DNA of 64,000 nucleotides from a virus, in the IMG/VR virus record IMGVR_UViG_3300029922_000007, positions 1 through 64,000 of that record. One strand, written 5' to 3'. The notes under the pieces are model-generated. The model saw nothing but the letters and a program-made list of their open reading frames with translations, did not search any database and was not told the origin of the DNA. This document shows positions 1 to 8,492 of this stretch, in pieces; the first letter of the stretch is position 1; each line of letters starts with the position of its first letter. A program made the translations under genes and the position numbers.

Positions 1-392
1 GCGTATGGTTCGAGCCAGGTGACGGCGTGTGATTCGAGCCAGGTGAGGGCGTATGATTCGAGCCAGGTGACGGCGTATGGTTCGAGCCAGGTGACGGCGT
101 GTGGTTCGAGCCAGGTGAGGGCGTATGGTTCGAGCCAGGTGACGGCGTGTGATTCGAGCCAGGTGAGGGCGTATGGTTCGAGCCAGGTGAGGGCGTATGA
201 TTCGAGCCAGGTGACGGCGTGTGATTCGAGCCAGGTGAGGGCGTATGGTTCGAGCCAGGTGAGGGCGTATGGTTCGAGCCAGGTGACGGCGTGTGATTCG
301 AGCCAGGTGAGGGCGTATGATTCGAGCCAGGTGACGGCGTGTGATTCGAGCCAGGTGAGGGCGTATGATTCGAGCCAGGTGAGGGCGTATGG
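1..392 (+). repeat. 24-bp coding tandem repeat, 16 full units plus a partial unit, GCGTRTGRTTCGAGCCAGGTGASG
   Basis: Units read directly from position 1 with no spacers; they encode the 8-aa repeat A[YC][GD]SSQV[TR]. The array likely continues left of the window. Confidence 0.97.
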
Positions 393-870
393 AAATTCAA
401 TGATTGCAGTGCTTTCAGCCTTTGTTATCATGCATAAAATTGCTCAGTACGCTGTCATTGCTTTGGATGGTGTTACTATCAAACTTCCCAAAAAGGCTAA
501 AACAGCTACTGTCATCAAGCGTAAGCTGATCGAGTACGATATCGATTCTTTTGTGGATATCTGGAATCTAACTGTCGAGAAAGATTACGTTATTCTTTAC
601 AAATCTGTTCGAAAGGATACTTTGTGTGATTTTAGAACTGGCAAGATCAAATACGAAGGAACCGTTACTTGTCCTGACTTTGATCCCTCTAGGGAGCGTG
701 AGTGTGGTGGTGGACTGCATCTTTGCGCTACTTCTCAAGGGGCTTTGGCCTTTGCAGGTGGACCGGCTAAACTGCTTAAGTGTAAGGTAAAGTTGAAGGA
801 TATCGTGGTTTATGGAAAGAATATTGAGAAGGTACGGTGTCGTCAAGTTGAAGTTTTAGGCGAAGTTTAA
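1..870 (+). CDS. Octapeptide-repeat protein with C-terminal DUF7666-like domain (5' truncated)
   Basis: The frame is open from the window start; the C-terminus has YKSVR...CPDFD...ECGGGLHLC...KVRC, typical of this phage domain. Confidence 0.7.
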   Translation, partial: AYGSSQVTACDSSQVRAYDSSQVTAYGSSQVTACGSSQVRAYGSSQVTACDSSQVRAYGSSQVRAYDSSQVTACDSSQVRAYGSSQVRAYGSSQVTACDSSQVRAYDSSQVTACDSSQVRAYDSSQVRAYGNSMIAVLSAFVIMHKIAQYAVIALDGVTIKLPKKAKTATVIKRKLIEYDIDSFVDIWNLTVEKDYVILYKSVRKDTLCDFRTGKIKYEGTVTCPDFDPSRERECGGGLHLCATSQGALAFAGGPAKLLKCKVKLKDIVVYGKNIEKVRCRQVEVLGEV

Positions 871-896
871 CCCAAAAGTGAATTCGAGGGAGATTT

Positions 897-1034
897 ATGC
901 TACTCATTGGAAACGCTGTCGTCTTTGGCTTGCTGACTTGCATCTGGACTAAAGAAAACTGGTTTATTTTTGTAATCAAGTGCTTGTTCATGGCCCTCAT
1001 GGTCTTGAATGTAATTCAGTACGCTAAAGGTTGA
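897..1034 (+). CDS. Small membrane protein, 45 aa (not in ORF track)
   Basis: GAGGGAG SD before the ATG; MLLIGNAVVFGLLTCIW...FIFVIKCLFMALMVLNV gives two hydrophobic segments. Confidence 0.6.
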   Translation: MLLIGNAVVFGLLTCIWTKENWFIFVIKCLFMALMVLNVIQYAKG

Positions 1035-1037
1035 GAA

Positions 1038-1289
1038 GTGAACTTTATGTCGAATATGAAAAACCTCAAGATGGCTATGATCCTTAGCTCTGTTCTACCG
1101 CTTGCTATGTTAGGCGGATTTAGTCTCCCTAGCGGTGGTGAAATCAGGGAGTCTACCGTACCAACTAAAGAAGAGTTGGAATGGATGGAAGGGCTTAACC
1201 CATATCGACGCAAGGAATGGCAAGGTAGGTTTAGGCAGGGGTTGACCAAAGAACAAAGGGCTTATGTAACGGAGCAATTGGAGGACTAA
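1038..1289 (+). CDS. Hypothetical protein with N-terminal hydrophobic segment
   Basis: ORF within a co-directional gene run. Confidence 0.55.
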   Translation: MNFMSNMKNLKMAMILSSVLPLAMLGGFSLPSGGEIRESTVPTKEELEWMEGLNPYRRKEWQGRFRQGLTKEQRAYVTEQLED

Positions 1290-1410
1290 ATGCTCACCGA
1301 CGATCTATACGATTGGATCTTTGAGGACGATGACACATGGCTTATCACTGGAGATGGTAGGGCTATGGTTGTGAATGACGGTCAACTTTGGGATTGTTGA
1401 AAGGAATGGT

Positions 1411-1710
1411 ATGAAAAAGAAATATGCAAGGCCTCTGCCAAAAGTAGGAGAGGATATCTATATCGAGGGAGCCATGTATCTTTCCCATGGAATTGATGAC
1501 TATAATGGGGGATTAGCCAAAGTTAGTAAGGTGAAGAAAGGGATTAGTGGGGGCGAGGACACTCACTATGTTAGCGTTGAGGAATTGCCAGGACACAGCT
1601 GGAATTGGGAATACTTAGCCGAAGAACAAGATGACCTAAAGAAAGAGTATAAGAAACAGCGAGCGCATCCAGATCCAGATAATAGTGTAGAATCAAACTG
1701 TTGGAATTGA
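1411..1710 (+). CDS. Hypothetical protein
   Basis: ORF 1375..1710; likely start MKKKY after AAGGA. Confidence 0.6.
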   Translation: MKKKYARPLPKVGEDIYIEGAMYLSHGIDDYNGGLAKVSKVKKGISGGEDTHYVSVEELPGHSWNWEYLAEEQDDLKKEYKKQRAHPDPDNSVESNCWN

Positions 1711-1734
1711 AATCTAAAACTGAAAGGGAACTAT

Positions 1735-2331
1735 ATGATTAAAAACTATGAAACTAAACGAGCAGCAGCTATTTGTATTGGCACTGGTATTGCATGTATT
1801 GCATTGAGTCTTCTCTCTGGGTGTGGGCCGAATCCATTCCAGGGTCCGGCAGGCCCGCAAGGGGCTGAAGGGGTAGCTGGGCAATCCACAGTCGGTGCGG
1901 CTGGATCGCAGGGCGTGCAAGGGCAAGCGGGTGGTACAGGTCCGGCAGGAAGCAGTTGCAGTGTAACCAGTGTGGGTATTAACCAAACCGCGCCAAACGG
2001 CGGCTCTCTTCTTAGCTGTACGGACGGAAGTCAATCGTTGGTACTAAACGGTACGCCGGGAGATACTGGGGCGACCGGCCCTACAGGAAACCAAGGTGCG
2101 ACTGGAACCCCCGGAACTGTGGTTTATGCTGTTCAATTTTGTCCTAATGTTACAACATCTTACCCCAATACCTTTGCGGAAGTGGCTTTTTGTATTAATA
2201 ATAGCCTGTGGGCAGTTTATTCACAGAACGATGGATTTCTAACTGAGGTGGTGCCTGGAACATACTCTAGCGATGGAATCAATGCTAGTTGTACTTTCAC
2301 TGTAGGATCAAATTGCGAAATTAGCTATTGA
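1735..2331 (+). CDS. Collagen-like repeat lipoprotein
   Basis: Signal peptide ending in lipobox LLSG-C; two G-X-Y runs; Cys-containing C-terminal domain. Confidence 0.8.
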   Translation: MIKNYETKRAAAICIGTGIACIALSLLSGCGPNPFQGPAGPQGAEGVAGQSTVGAAGSQGVQGQAGGTGPAGSSCSVTSVGINQTAPNGGSLLSCTDGSQSLVLNGTPGDTGATGPTGNQGATGTPGTVVYAVQFCPNVTTSYPNTFAEVAFCINNSLWAVYSQNDGFLTEVVPGTYSSDGINASCTFTVGSNCEISY

Positions 2332-2339
2332 GGAACTTT

Positions 2340-2714
2340 ATGTCTAAATCTAAAAAAGACTTTACTTTTATTTCAGGCAGAAAATATGATGCTATGATGG
2401 GGAGATGCTATAGAAAAACAGATATTTCATATAAAAATTATGGGGAAAGGGGCATTAAGGTATGCTCTGAATGGATAATCGATATAAACAATTTTAGGAA
2501 GTGGTTGGCTTTGGAGTTGATAAAGAATTCTATCGATACGGAAGATTTTGTTATTCAATCACGTAAATATCAATTAGACAGGATAGACAGTGAAGGACAT
2601 TATACTCCTAACAATTGCCGACTTTCAAGTCCCCAACTTAATTCGCGTAATAAGAAATTTGCTAAAAGAATAATTGAATCTAGCGAAGGGACACTCCACG
2701 AACTTGGCAAGTAG
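2340..2714 (+). CDS. HNH-like endonuclease
   Basis: M..RCY...YGERGIKVCSEW...LDRIDSEGHYTPNNCR motif set. Confidence 0.75.
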   Translation: MSKSKKDFTFISGRKYDAMMGRCYRKTDISYKNYGERGIKVCSEWIIDINNFRKWLALELIKNSIDTEDFVIQSRKYQLDRIDSEGHYTPNNCRLSSPQLNSRNKKFAKRIIESSEGTLHELGK

Positions 2715-2823
2715 TGTCTAACTAGTTCGCAGCTGTATGGACGTATGTTGTCATAATGGGTCCATATCGACTCAAAATGGGTACAAGCTGGCACGAGGGA
2801 TGCAATAGGTATAGGACAGGAGA

Positions 2824-3066
2824 ATGCAGATGAGTAACGAATATACAGCAGTTAAGGTTTGGGTAGGCGGTATAGGAGATGAAGATCATATCCAGGTTCA
2901 AACCGATACCCTAGATGGACAAAGAGGCACGATTCGACTCTCCATTGAAAGATCTAAAGATGGGGATCAGATCATTGGATACTTCGATGCTGATCAATTG
3001 ATCAAGGCTATCCAACTAGTTGCTAATGCCGATCTGCAATATCTTACAGATGGTGATGACAAATGA
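2824..3066 (+). CDS. Hypothetical protein
   Basis: AGGAG SD; overlaps the next ORF. Confidence 0.6.
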   Translation: MQMSNEYTAVKVWVGGIGDEDHIQVQTDTLDGQRGTIRLSIERSKDGDQIIGYFDADQLIKAIQLVANADLQYLTDGDDK

Positions 3067-3257
3067 CCATGAAGGAAGAACGCAGGTTGCCGAGAAACTT
3101 TAATGCCGGATGGGCTCTTACCTATATTCTGCAAGAATGGCCCATCTCAGAAACTATGAGGAATCAGTTTTACGATGAGTTGGTTCATACAGAGCCCTAC
3201 TATAGGGCACAACTAGAACAGGCTTTGAGAGTACATGGAGTAAGATGGATTCGATGA
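3063..3257 (+). CDS. Hypothetical protein
   Basis: ATGA-coupled ORF. Confidence 0.5.
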   Translation: MTMKEERRLPRNFNAGWALTYILQEWPISETMRNQFYDELVHTEPYYRAQLEQALRVHGVRWIR

Positions 3258-3264
3258 TTAAAAA

Positions 3265-3340
3265 TTTCCGGTAGTTCAGTGGTTAGAATGCCGAGCTTAT
3301 ATCTCGGAGGTCGTGGGTTCAATTCCCACCCGGAATACCA
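3265..3340 (+). tRNA. tRNA-Ile, anticodon UAU
   Basis: 76-nt cloverleaf: D-arm GTTC/GAAT, anticodon stem CCGAG/CTCGG with loop CT-TAT-AT, T-arm GTGGG-TTCAATT-CCCAC, A73 and encoded CCA. The first pair is a U:U mismatch. Confidence 0.92.
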
Positions 3341-3354
3341 ATTAGGAGTCAAGA

Positions 3355-3546
3355 GTGAAGGTCAAATTCTGTAATAATAACAACGCAAATATTCATTCAA
3401 AAGTTACGGAAGTGTTCGATACTAAAAAAGACTTTGATCTTAATGACGAAGAATGGAAAGCTCTTAGTGACGAAGAGAAAGACACTTTCCTGAAAGAATG
3501 GGCCTATGAAAACTTCGATATGTGGATAGAGGAAGATGAAGAATGA
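3355..3546 (+). CDS. Hypothetical acidic phage protein
   Basis: AGGAG SD, GTG start; EEWKALSDEEK...EWA motif common in small phage proteins. Confidence 0.65.
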   Translation: MKVKFCNNNNANIHSKVTEVFDTKKDFDLNDEEWKALSDEEKDTFLKEWAYENFDMWIEEDEE

Positions 3547-3728
3547 AAGCCCCCTCTACCAATAAGTTGGCTGTCCTTAAGAAGCAATGGGAGAAGCAAT
3601 TTCTCATTGAAGCCTTGGAGTACCACAACTACTGTGTTACGGATGCAGCTAAAGATATTGGAATAGATAAGGCTAATTTGAATCGATTGCTTAGAAAGCA
3701 TGGGTTAAATAGTAAGGAGAGAAAATGA
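3543..3728 (+). CDS. Fis-family helix-turn-helix protein
   Basis: EKQFLIEALEYHNYCVTDAAKDIGIDKANLNRLLRKHG matches the Fis/NtrC C-terminal HTH. Confidence 0.8.
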   Translation: MKAPSTNKLAVLKKQWEKQFLIEALEYHNYCVTDAAKDIGIDKANLNRLLRKHGLNSKERK

Positions 3729-3943
3729 AGAACGGACTCTATAAAATCAGTTTCGAAGTAAAACTTGTTGGTTGTGAAACCGAAGAAGATGCTCACAAAG
3801 CATTGATAGGACTCTTGGTCGATTCTATCGAAGGGAACGCTGAATTTCCAGAAGTGGATTTCGCCCTGACCGAAGAAATTGAGGAGGAATACGAGATGGA
3901 GGAAGAGGAGATCGAACCTCTTAATTTTGAGGAAACAGCATGA
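3725..3943 (+). CDS. Hypothetical acidic protein
   Basis: AAGGAG SD; coupled ORF. Confidence 0.6.
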   Translation: MKNGLYKISFEVKLVGCETEEDAHKALIGLLVDSIEGNAEFPEVDFALTEEIEEEYEMEEEEIEPLNFEETA

Positions 3944-4107
3944 GCAAAGAAAGAGGCAAGTCTAGGCGCGAGAAGGAAGATAACTCGAATGCCTACAATA
4001 AGTTGCGTAGAGAACTGTTGAGATGTCCTATCTGTCCGCCAAATAGAGGTGAGAATGCTAAGTCCCGCAAAAAATACGTGAGTAAACCTAAAAAGACTCG
4101 GAAGTGA
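3940..4107 (+). CDS. Small basic protein with CPICPPNRGEN motif, 55 aa (not in ORF track)
   Basis: GAGG SD, ATGA overlap with the upstream gene, stop at 4105-4107. Confidence 0.6.
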   Translation: MSKERGKSRREKEDNSNAYNKLRRELLRCPICPPNRGENAKSRKKYVSKPKKTRK

Positions 4108-4307
4108 ATTTTATGAAAAAGATTCTTGGCTACACTATCAAATTCCGTGGCGATTCCTGGGGAGATGCTCTCTATAATCTTTACGATCACGATCTATACA
4201 AGACTAAAAAGCAGGCGCTAGACGATATCGAAGACCTTAAAAGGATTGACTGTATCCCTAAGAGATCTAAATCAAAGGTATTTCGGGTGGTGGTAGAGGA
4301 AGTATGA
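4104..4307 (+). CDS. Hypothetical protein
   Basis: ORF in operon. Confidence 0.5.
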   Translation: MNFMKKILGYTIKFRGDSWGDALYNLYDHDLYKTKKQALDDIEDLKRIDCIPKRSKSKVFRVVVEEV

Positions 4308-4454
4308 AATGCTGTTGGTTCTTTCATGCTTGGTCAAAATGGTCGGCTATTCAAACGGTTCCAGCCTCTAGCTACTTTGCGGGCAATACAACTATGTGTC
4401 TTCAGACTAAAACGTGTTCTAAATGTAATAAAATTACCTGGAGAAGGTGCTAAG

Positions 4455-4658
4455 ATGAGTCTCATCCTTAGATCCGACCTGGAACCATGGGATTGTGACG
4501 ATTGTAAAGCTTTGGTCTATCGTGGAGAAGTCCTAAATCAGAAGTTCTACTGCTTTCGGTGTGCTCCAGCTATTGAGTTAGGGTTAGAGGCCCTGGTAGA
4601 CGAAAGTGAAGAAGTTGAAGATGAAAGTCCAGAAGTGAATTTGGAGGAGGTCGTATGA
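4455..4658 (+). CDS. Small Zn-finger-like protein
   Basis: CDDC...CFRC pair with an acidic tail; start MSLIL after GAAGG. Confidence 0.55.
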   Translation: MSLILRSDLEPWDCDDCKALVYRGEVLNQKFYCFRCAPAIELGLEALVDESEEVEDESPEVNLEEVV

Positions 4659-4864
4659 AAGTATACCAAGTCCTATGGTACGAAAACGACTGTAGCGGAA
4701 CCGTATCTCTACATAGATCGCTAGAAGGCGCTATTAAAGGAATTGAGGATTATAAGGGAAAGCTACCTGATTTTAACTGGAGAAATACTTATCGTCCAAA
4801 TGACTGGACTTTGGCTGGGGCGGTGTTAGGATTGTCGAGAAAGATTTGTTGGACTGAAAAGTGA
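4655..4864 (+). CDS. Hypothetical protein
   Basis: GGAGG SD. Confidence 0.55.
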   Translation: MKVYQVLWYENDCSGTVSLHRSLEGAIKGIEDYKGKLPDFNWRNTYRPNDWTLAGAVLGLSRKICWTEK

Positions 4865-4883
4865 ATTTTAAGGAGAATAGAAT

Positions 4884-5078
4884 ATGACTTTAGATAAGTG
4901 GTTTCAGATCATTAAAGAAGAGAAGACCAAATCTTACGAAAAGACTTTGGGTTGCAATGAACCTCAAAGTTGGCATCTTTGCAGGAGTGCAATGTTAGAA
5001 TATATTGCAGAAATCGATAAGGCCGCAGAAGTATATATGCTCGAAAACTCAAAGGAGAAGCAAAATGGCCGGACGTAA
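4884..5078 (+). CDS. Hypothetical protein
   Basis: AAGGAG SD. Confidence 0.55.
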   Translation: MTLDKWFQIIKEEKTKSYEKTLGCNEPQSWHLCRSAMLEYIAEIDKAAEVYMLENSKEKQNGRT

Positions 5079-5244
5079 AAATTTCCCCAACAGACAAAAA
5101 GAACGATTGGATCGGGCACTTGAAAGGCAAGCGGCGTACAACAAGCTTACAAGCAATCAGAAGCTTGGTAAGAATGCGGTCTCTATGGGAACTAAGGAGC
5201 GCACTCGATTGGCTGTTAAGTTGATGCAGGAGAGCCAGAAATGA
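5065..5244 (+). CDS. Small basic hypothetical protein
   Basis: AAGGAG SD before MAGRKN. Confidence 0.55.
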   Translation: MAGRKNFPNRQKERLDRALERQAAYNKLTSNQKLGKNAVSMGTKERTRLAVKLMQESQK

Positions 5245-5489
5245 AATATCTCATCTTACCCATTCTATTAATGCTGTCGGGGTGTGACTGTAGTGGTCCC
5301 GAACACGATCTTTTCGCTAAAGTAGGGGATTGCATCTATACCATGGAAGGAACTGTTGTTAAAATTATTGCTGAAGGAAAGTACAGTTTTGAAGTTATAG
5401 ATGAAAACGGTACGAAGTATACTACCCATGGCAAGTATCTGCTGCCAACAGATTGTTTTAGTCGAGTTTTTCCGGAGAAAAAGAAATGA
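5241..5489 (+). CDS. Small lipoprotein
   Basis: MKYLILPILLMLSG-C lipobox. Confidence 0.7.
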   Translation: MKYLILPILLMLSGCDCSGPEHDLFAKVGDCIYTMEGTVVKIIAEGKYSFEVIDENGTKYTTHGKYLLPTDCFSRVFPEKKK

Positions 5490-5650
5490 AATACTTGAAG
5501 GTATTGGTTCAACCAATTAAAATTAAGGGTTCCGAGGATGACATTGAAACCTTACAGGCGGATCTTTTTGAACGACTAACGGCACTAATTGAGTCCGAAA
5601 CTCTTACCTTTGAAATCATTGACGAAGACGAAGACTCAGACGAGGATTAA
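5486..5650 (+). CDS. Small acidic protein (not in ORF track)
   Basis: GGAG SD, ATGA overlap; MKYLKVLVQP...EDEDSDED. Confidence 0.55.
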   Translation: MKYLKVLVQPIKIKGSEDDIETLQADLFERLTALIESETLTFEIIDEDEDSDED

Positions 5651-5699
5651 ATGAGCTTACTCTGGATTGTTATTCTAATTCTACTAATCGCAATGTGGC

Positions 5700-6197
5700 T
5701 CAGTCCTTAAATCCGCCCTTATTCCCTTCAGCCGCCTCATCACTCATCTCTAGCGATTCGAATGACATACTTCCCCCTTTGGGGGGTATAGGCTTAACTT
5801 CCTTATCAGAAGTCTTTTTTGCCAGAAGTGGATTTTTCAATTCACCAGTTATAGGATCTTTGGTTTTGGCTAATCGCTTGATCTCTTTGTTCATCACAGC
5901 GTCAACCATATCTTCCAGGTCCTGCTTGTTCATACGAGAATAGGTTGGATCTTGCATAGTATATAACTTATCTAATAGGTCTTCCATCTCATCGTGAATT
6001 TCAGATGGTTGATACTTGTCTTCGTATAGGTTCTTCAAGACGAACATAGGATCTAAATCGTAGACCTCATGCAGAGGCGTTCTAAATCTATCAGAGTACT
6101 CTCTGCATCGTATTGAATAGATCGATTCAGGCGTTGGAGATAAGGCCACCCCAATGGCTAGAAGTTCGGCATGATGGATTAGGTCGTAGAAGTTCAT
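5700..6197 (-). CDS. Putative tail assembly chaperone partner
   Basis: CREYSDRFRTPLHEVYDL segment; lies near the 6606 chaperone-like gene. Confidence 0.4.
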   Translation of the reverse strand: MNFYDLIHHAELLAIGVALSPTPESIYSIRCREYSDRFRTPLHEVYDLDPMFVLKNLYEDKYQPSEIHDEMEDLLDKLYTMQDPTYSRMNKQDLEDMVDAVMNKEIKRLAKTKDPITGELKNPLLAKKTSDKEVKPIPPKGGSMSFESLEMSDEAAEGNKGGFKD

Positions 6198-6613
6198 AGG
6201 CCAGCGTCGTTTTTGTCCATACGAGCAAATCGGGCCTTATCCGATTCGTGAGCATTTAAATTTTCTCCCAAAATATGATCCGTAGTCCATACAGAAGGGC
6301 ACATAGTTGCCGTACCAGTAGTGGTGACTCCTCCATTAAGGGTCACGGTTCCAATTGAAGAGGGCAAATTACTAGTGGTCTCGACACTATAAGGCCACTG
6401 CTGATGGCCTGGGGGAAGAGGGGTTCCAATAAAAGGTTGCATGTTTGGCCAGAGAGGTCCACTTGCACCCCCAGCTCCCTGATTGGGTTGTGGCGGGATA
6501 TAAAAAGTGGCAGTCTTAAGCCGTTCAATCTCGGCCTTCAAATAGTTAAGAAGTTCTTGTTGAGTCTTAATAGTTTGGTTAAGGGCATCAATTACGGCTT
6601 GATCGTTACACAT
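6194..6613 (-). CDS. Hypothetical protein (coiled coil plus Pro/Thr-rich region)
   Basis: Overlaps both neighbours. Confidence 0.5.
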   Translation of the reverse strand: MCNDQAVIDALNQTIKTQQELLNYLKAEIERLKTATFYIPPQPNQGAGGASGPLWPNMQPFIGTPLPPGHQQWPYSVETTSNLPSSIGTVTLNGGVTTTGTATMCPSVWTTDHILGENLNAHESDKARFARMDKNDAGL

Positions 6614-7061
6614 CTTCGTCTCCTTCTTGTTGGATTAAATCTTCAGCACTTTGGATTGTCTTTTTTAGCACGGTATCGCGTTCAGCGGTCATCTTGGCTT
6701 GGAAGGCAGCAGCAGCTCTAGCACTGGCATCCAATACTAACAATAGTACGTTCTTATCGGGGATAGAACCAGGCATCTCTCCGGCCTGTTGGGGGGTATA
6801 CCAGAAAGGTGGGGCAGAGATAACCCTATACTTAAGTTGGGTGAGGGCATATGCGAGATAACTTTCATCTTCCGATGAAAGGGATGCGTGAGGACCAAGA
6901 AGCTCTCTATAGAGGCGACTAGCACCAAGTTCTTCGGTAGGGCTCAGGAAACATCTCAGCTTGAATGTGCCGTTGTAGGTTCCCCCAATGAGACCTTGAA
7001 CGTTACTCATAGTCCAAGTAGCTGTAGAGCCTTCAATAACTAGATCTGTGTCAGTTTGCAT
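6606..7061 (-). CDS. Putative tail assembly chaperone
   Basis: YNGTFKLR...L...VISAPPFW pattern seen in large-myovirus chaperones; GAGG SD. Confidence 0.5.
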   Translation of the reverse strand: MQTDTDLVIEGSTATWTMSNVQGLIGGTYNGTFKLRCFLSPTEELGASRLYRELLGPHASLSSEDESYLAYALTQLKYRVISAPPFWYTPQQAGEMPGSIPDKNVLLLVLDASARAAAAFQAKMTAERDTVLKKTIQSAEDLIQQEGDEDV

Positions 7062-7440
7062 AAAAACCTCAATGAAAGTATATCACAGAACGCCCCACAG
7101 GTTCGTCGGCTTTTTGTTTTATGGTTGCCTGCGGCGCTGGCCAAGAAAAAGAACGAGGGTATAGTTCATCGAACGATACTCGTTCTCCTAGAGTTGGAGA
7201 GGAAGCTAGTCACTGCGTTCCCCGCTTGGATCGAGAGAAAGAGAAAGTAAGTGTTCTTTTCGAACTTATATCATGAAGAAAAGCCGTTACTACAATTATT
7301 TTTCAGAAAAATCATCGAAACCCAATAACTACCCATAATCATTACTAAAAGACCTAATAATAGTTTTACTCCATTTATAATGGCAACTATTATGACCAAA
7401 AACGGCTATTTTGGAAACAATACTTTCCATTACAAACTTC

Positions 7441-7469
7441 TTGCTCTTACCTGTTGGATAGGCTATAGT
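7441..7469 (+). promoter_or_regulatory. Sigma70-type promoter, leaderless to 7477
   Basis: TTGCTC-N17-TATAGT with the ATG 7 nt downstream and no SD. Confidence 0.65.
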
Positions 7470-7476
7470 AGCGTGT

Positions 7477-7707
7477 ATGAGTGATAGTAACATGTTTAAG
7501 GTGGCAAATAGATATAGACACAGGAACTGCCTAGATATGGATATTGTTGTGACCTATATCCATAAAGTTGGGCACTATGGGACAGATCTCGACGTACTCT
7601 ACTGGAATAGGAACTATAACTCCCCCGCTGTAGGTGGAACGGAAGAAGTATTTATCAAAAAAGACGACTATCCAAATTGGACTTTGGTTGAGGAGAACTT
7701 TGTATGA
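7477..7707 (+). CDS. Hypothetical protein
   Basis: ORF directly after the promoter. Confidence 0.6.
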   Translation: MSDSNMFKVANRYRHRNCLDMDIVVTYIHKVGHYGTDLDVLYWNRNYNSPAVGGTEEVFIKKDDYPNWTLVEENFV

Positions 7708-8189
7708 GTGTTAAGGGTGGAGATAAAATCAAGATTTTGAAGAATAACCCGCAAGAAGCAGGCTCAGTCAAAAAAGGCGACGTAGCCACTGTTAAAAACG
7801 TATATTCTAATAGCTTTACTTATTACATTGACGGCGAAGCTACGACTGAATGGCTCTGGCGGGCAGACTACGACCAAGAAGGAAAGACTTGGGAGAAAGT
7901 AGTGGGTAAGACTAAAGCCTCCACCAGTTCTGCACGGGATGAATCCTTTTGGGCAGATCAAGTTAAACAAGCGAAATCAAAAGACAAAACCTTCAAGGTC
8001 GGCGAACGAGTTGTAGTTTATGATTCTCGTCTTAGGCCTATGCGCCAGGTGGCTACCCTTACTCTTCTTCGAGATCCTAATGGGCATCACCCAAAAGCGT
8101 TTTGTGTCATCGGAGTTAAAAGGGTAGACTATCCAAGTACCGATGAGCTGATTCTACATCCAAAACAAGTAAGGAAAATTAAGAAATGA
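7704..8189 (+). CDS. Hypothetical protein with two SH3/KOW-like modules
   Basis: VKGGDKIKI and FKVGERVVV starts. Confidence 0.55.
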   Translation: MSVKGGDKIKILKNNPQEAGSVKKGDVATVKNVYSNSFTYYIDGEATTEWLWRADYDQEGKTWEKVVGKTKASTSSARDESFWADQVKQAKSKDKTFKVGERVVVYDSRLRPMRQVATLTLLRDPNGHHPKAFCVIGVKRVDYPSTDELILHPKQVRKIKK

Positions 8190-8470
8190 CTGAACCAGAA
8201 GTGAATTTTCTCAAGGCAGCTAAGTGGTACGAAGAACTCAAGGAACAGATGGATAAGGCTAAGAAGGAGCTTCAATTGGCTTTGCTGGTTCTTCCTGTCA
8301 ATTCTTATCTCCAGGACCCAGACACTCTCTTGGTCTATAAAATTACAGTTCCTCGTGGAACTTTTGTGGAATATCAAGCACTTGCCTATGAACGAACTAA
8401 GAAGCCAGATGAGAAGAGTGGTAGTTTGAGTTTGAAAGAGGCCCAGTCAAAAGGTTTTAACGTTAGCTGA
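8186..8470 (+). CDS. Hypothetical protein
   Basis: Coupled ORF. Confidence 0.6.
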   Translation: MTEPEVNFLKAAKWYEELKEQMDKAKKELQLALLVLPVNSYLQDPDTLLVYKITVPRGTFVEYQALAYERTKKPDEKSGSLSLKEAQSKGFNVS

Positions 8471-8492
8471 TATAGAATGTAAGAGGTATTTT

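Noticed and set aside
1-392. CRISPR array
   Set aside because: Units are contiguous with no unique spacers, are in frame with a protein, and no cas genes are present.
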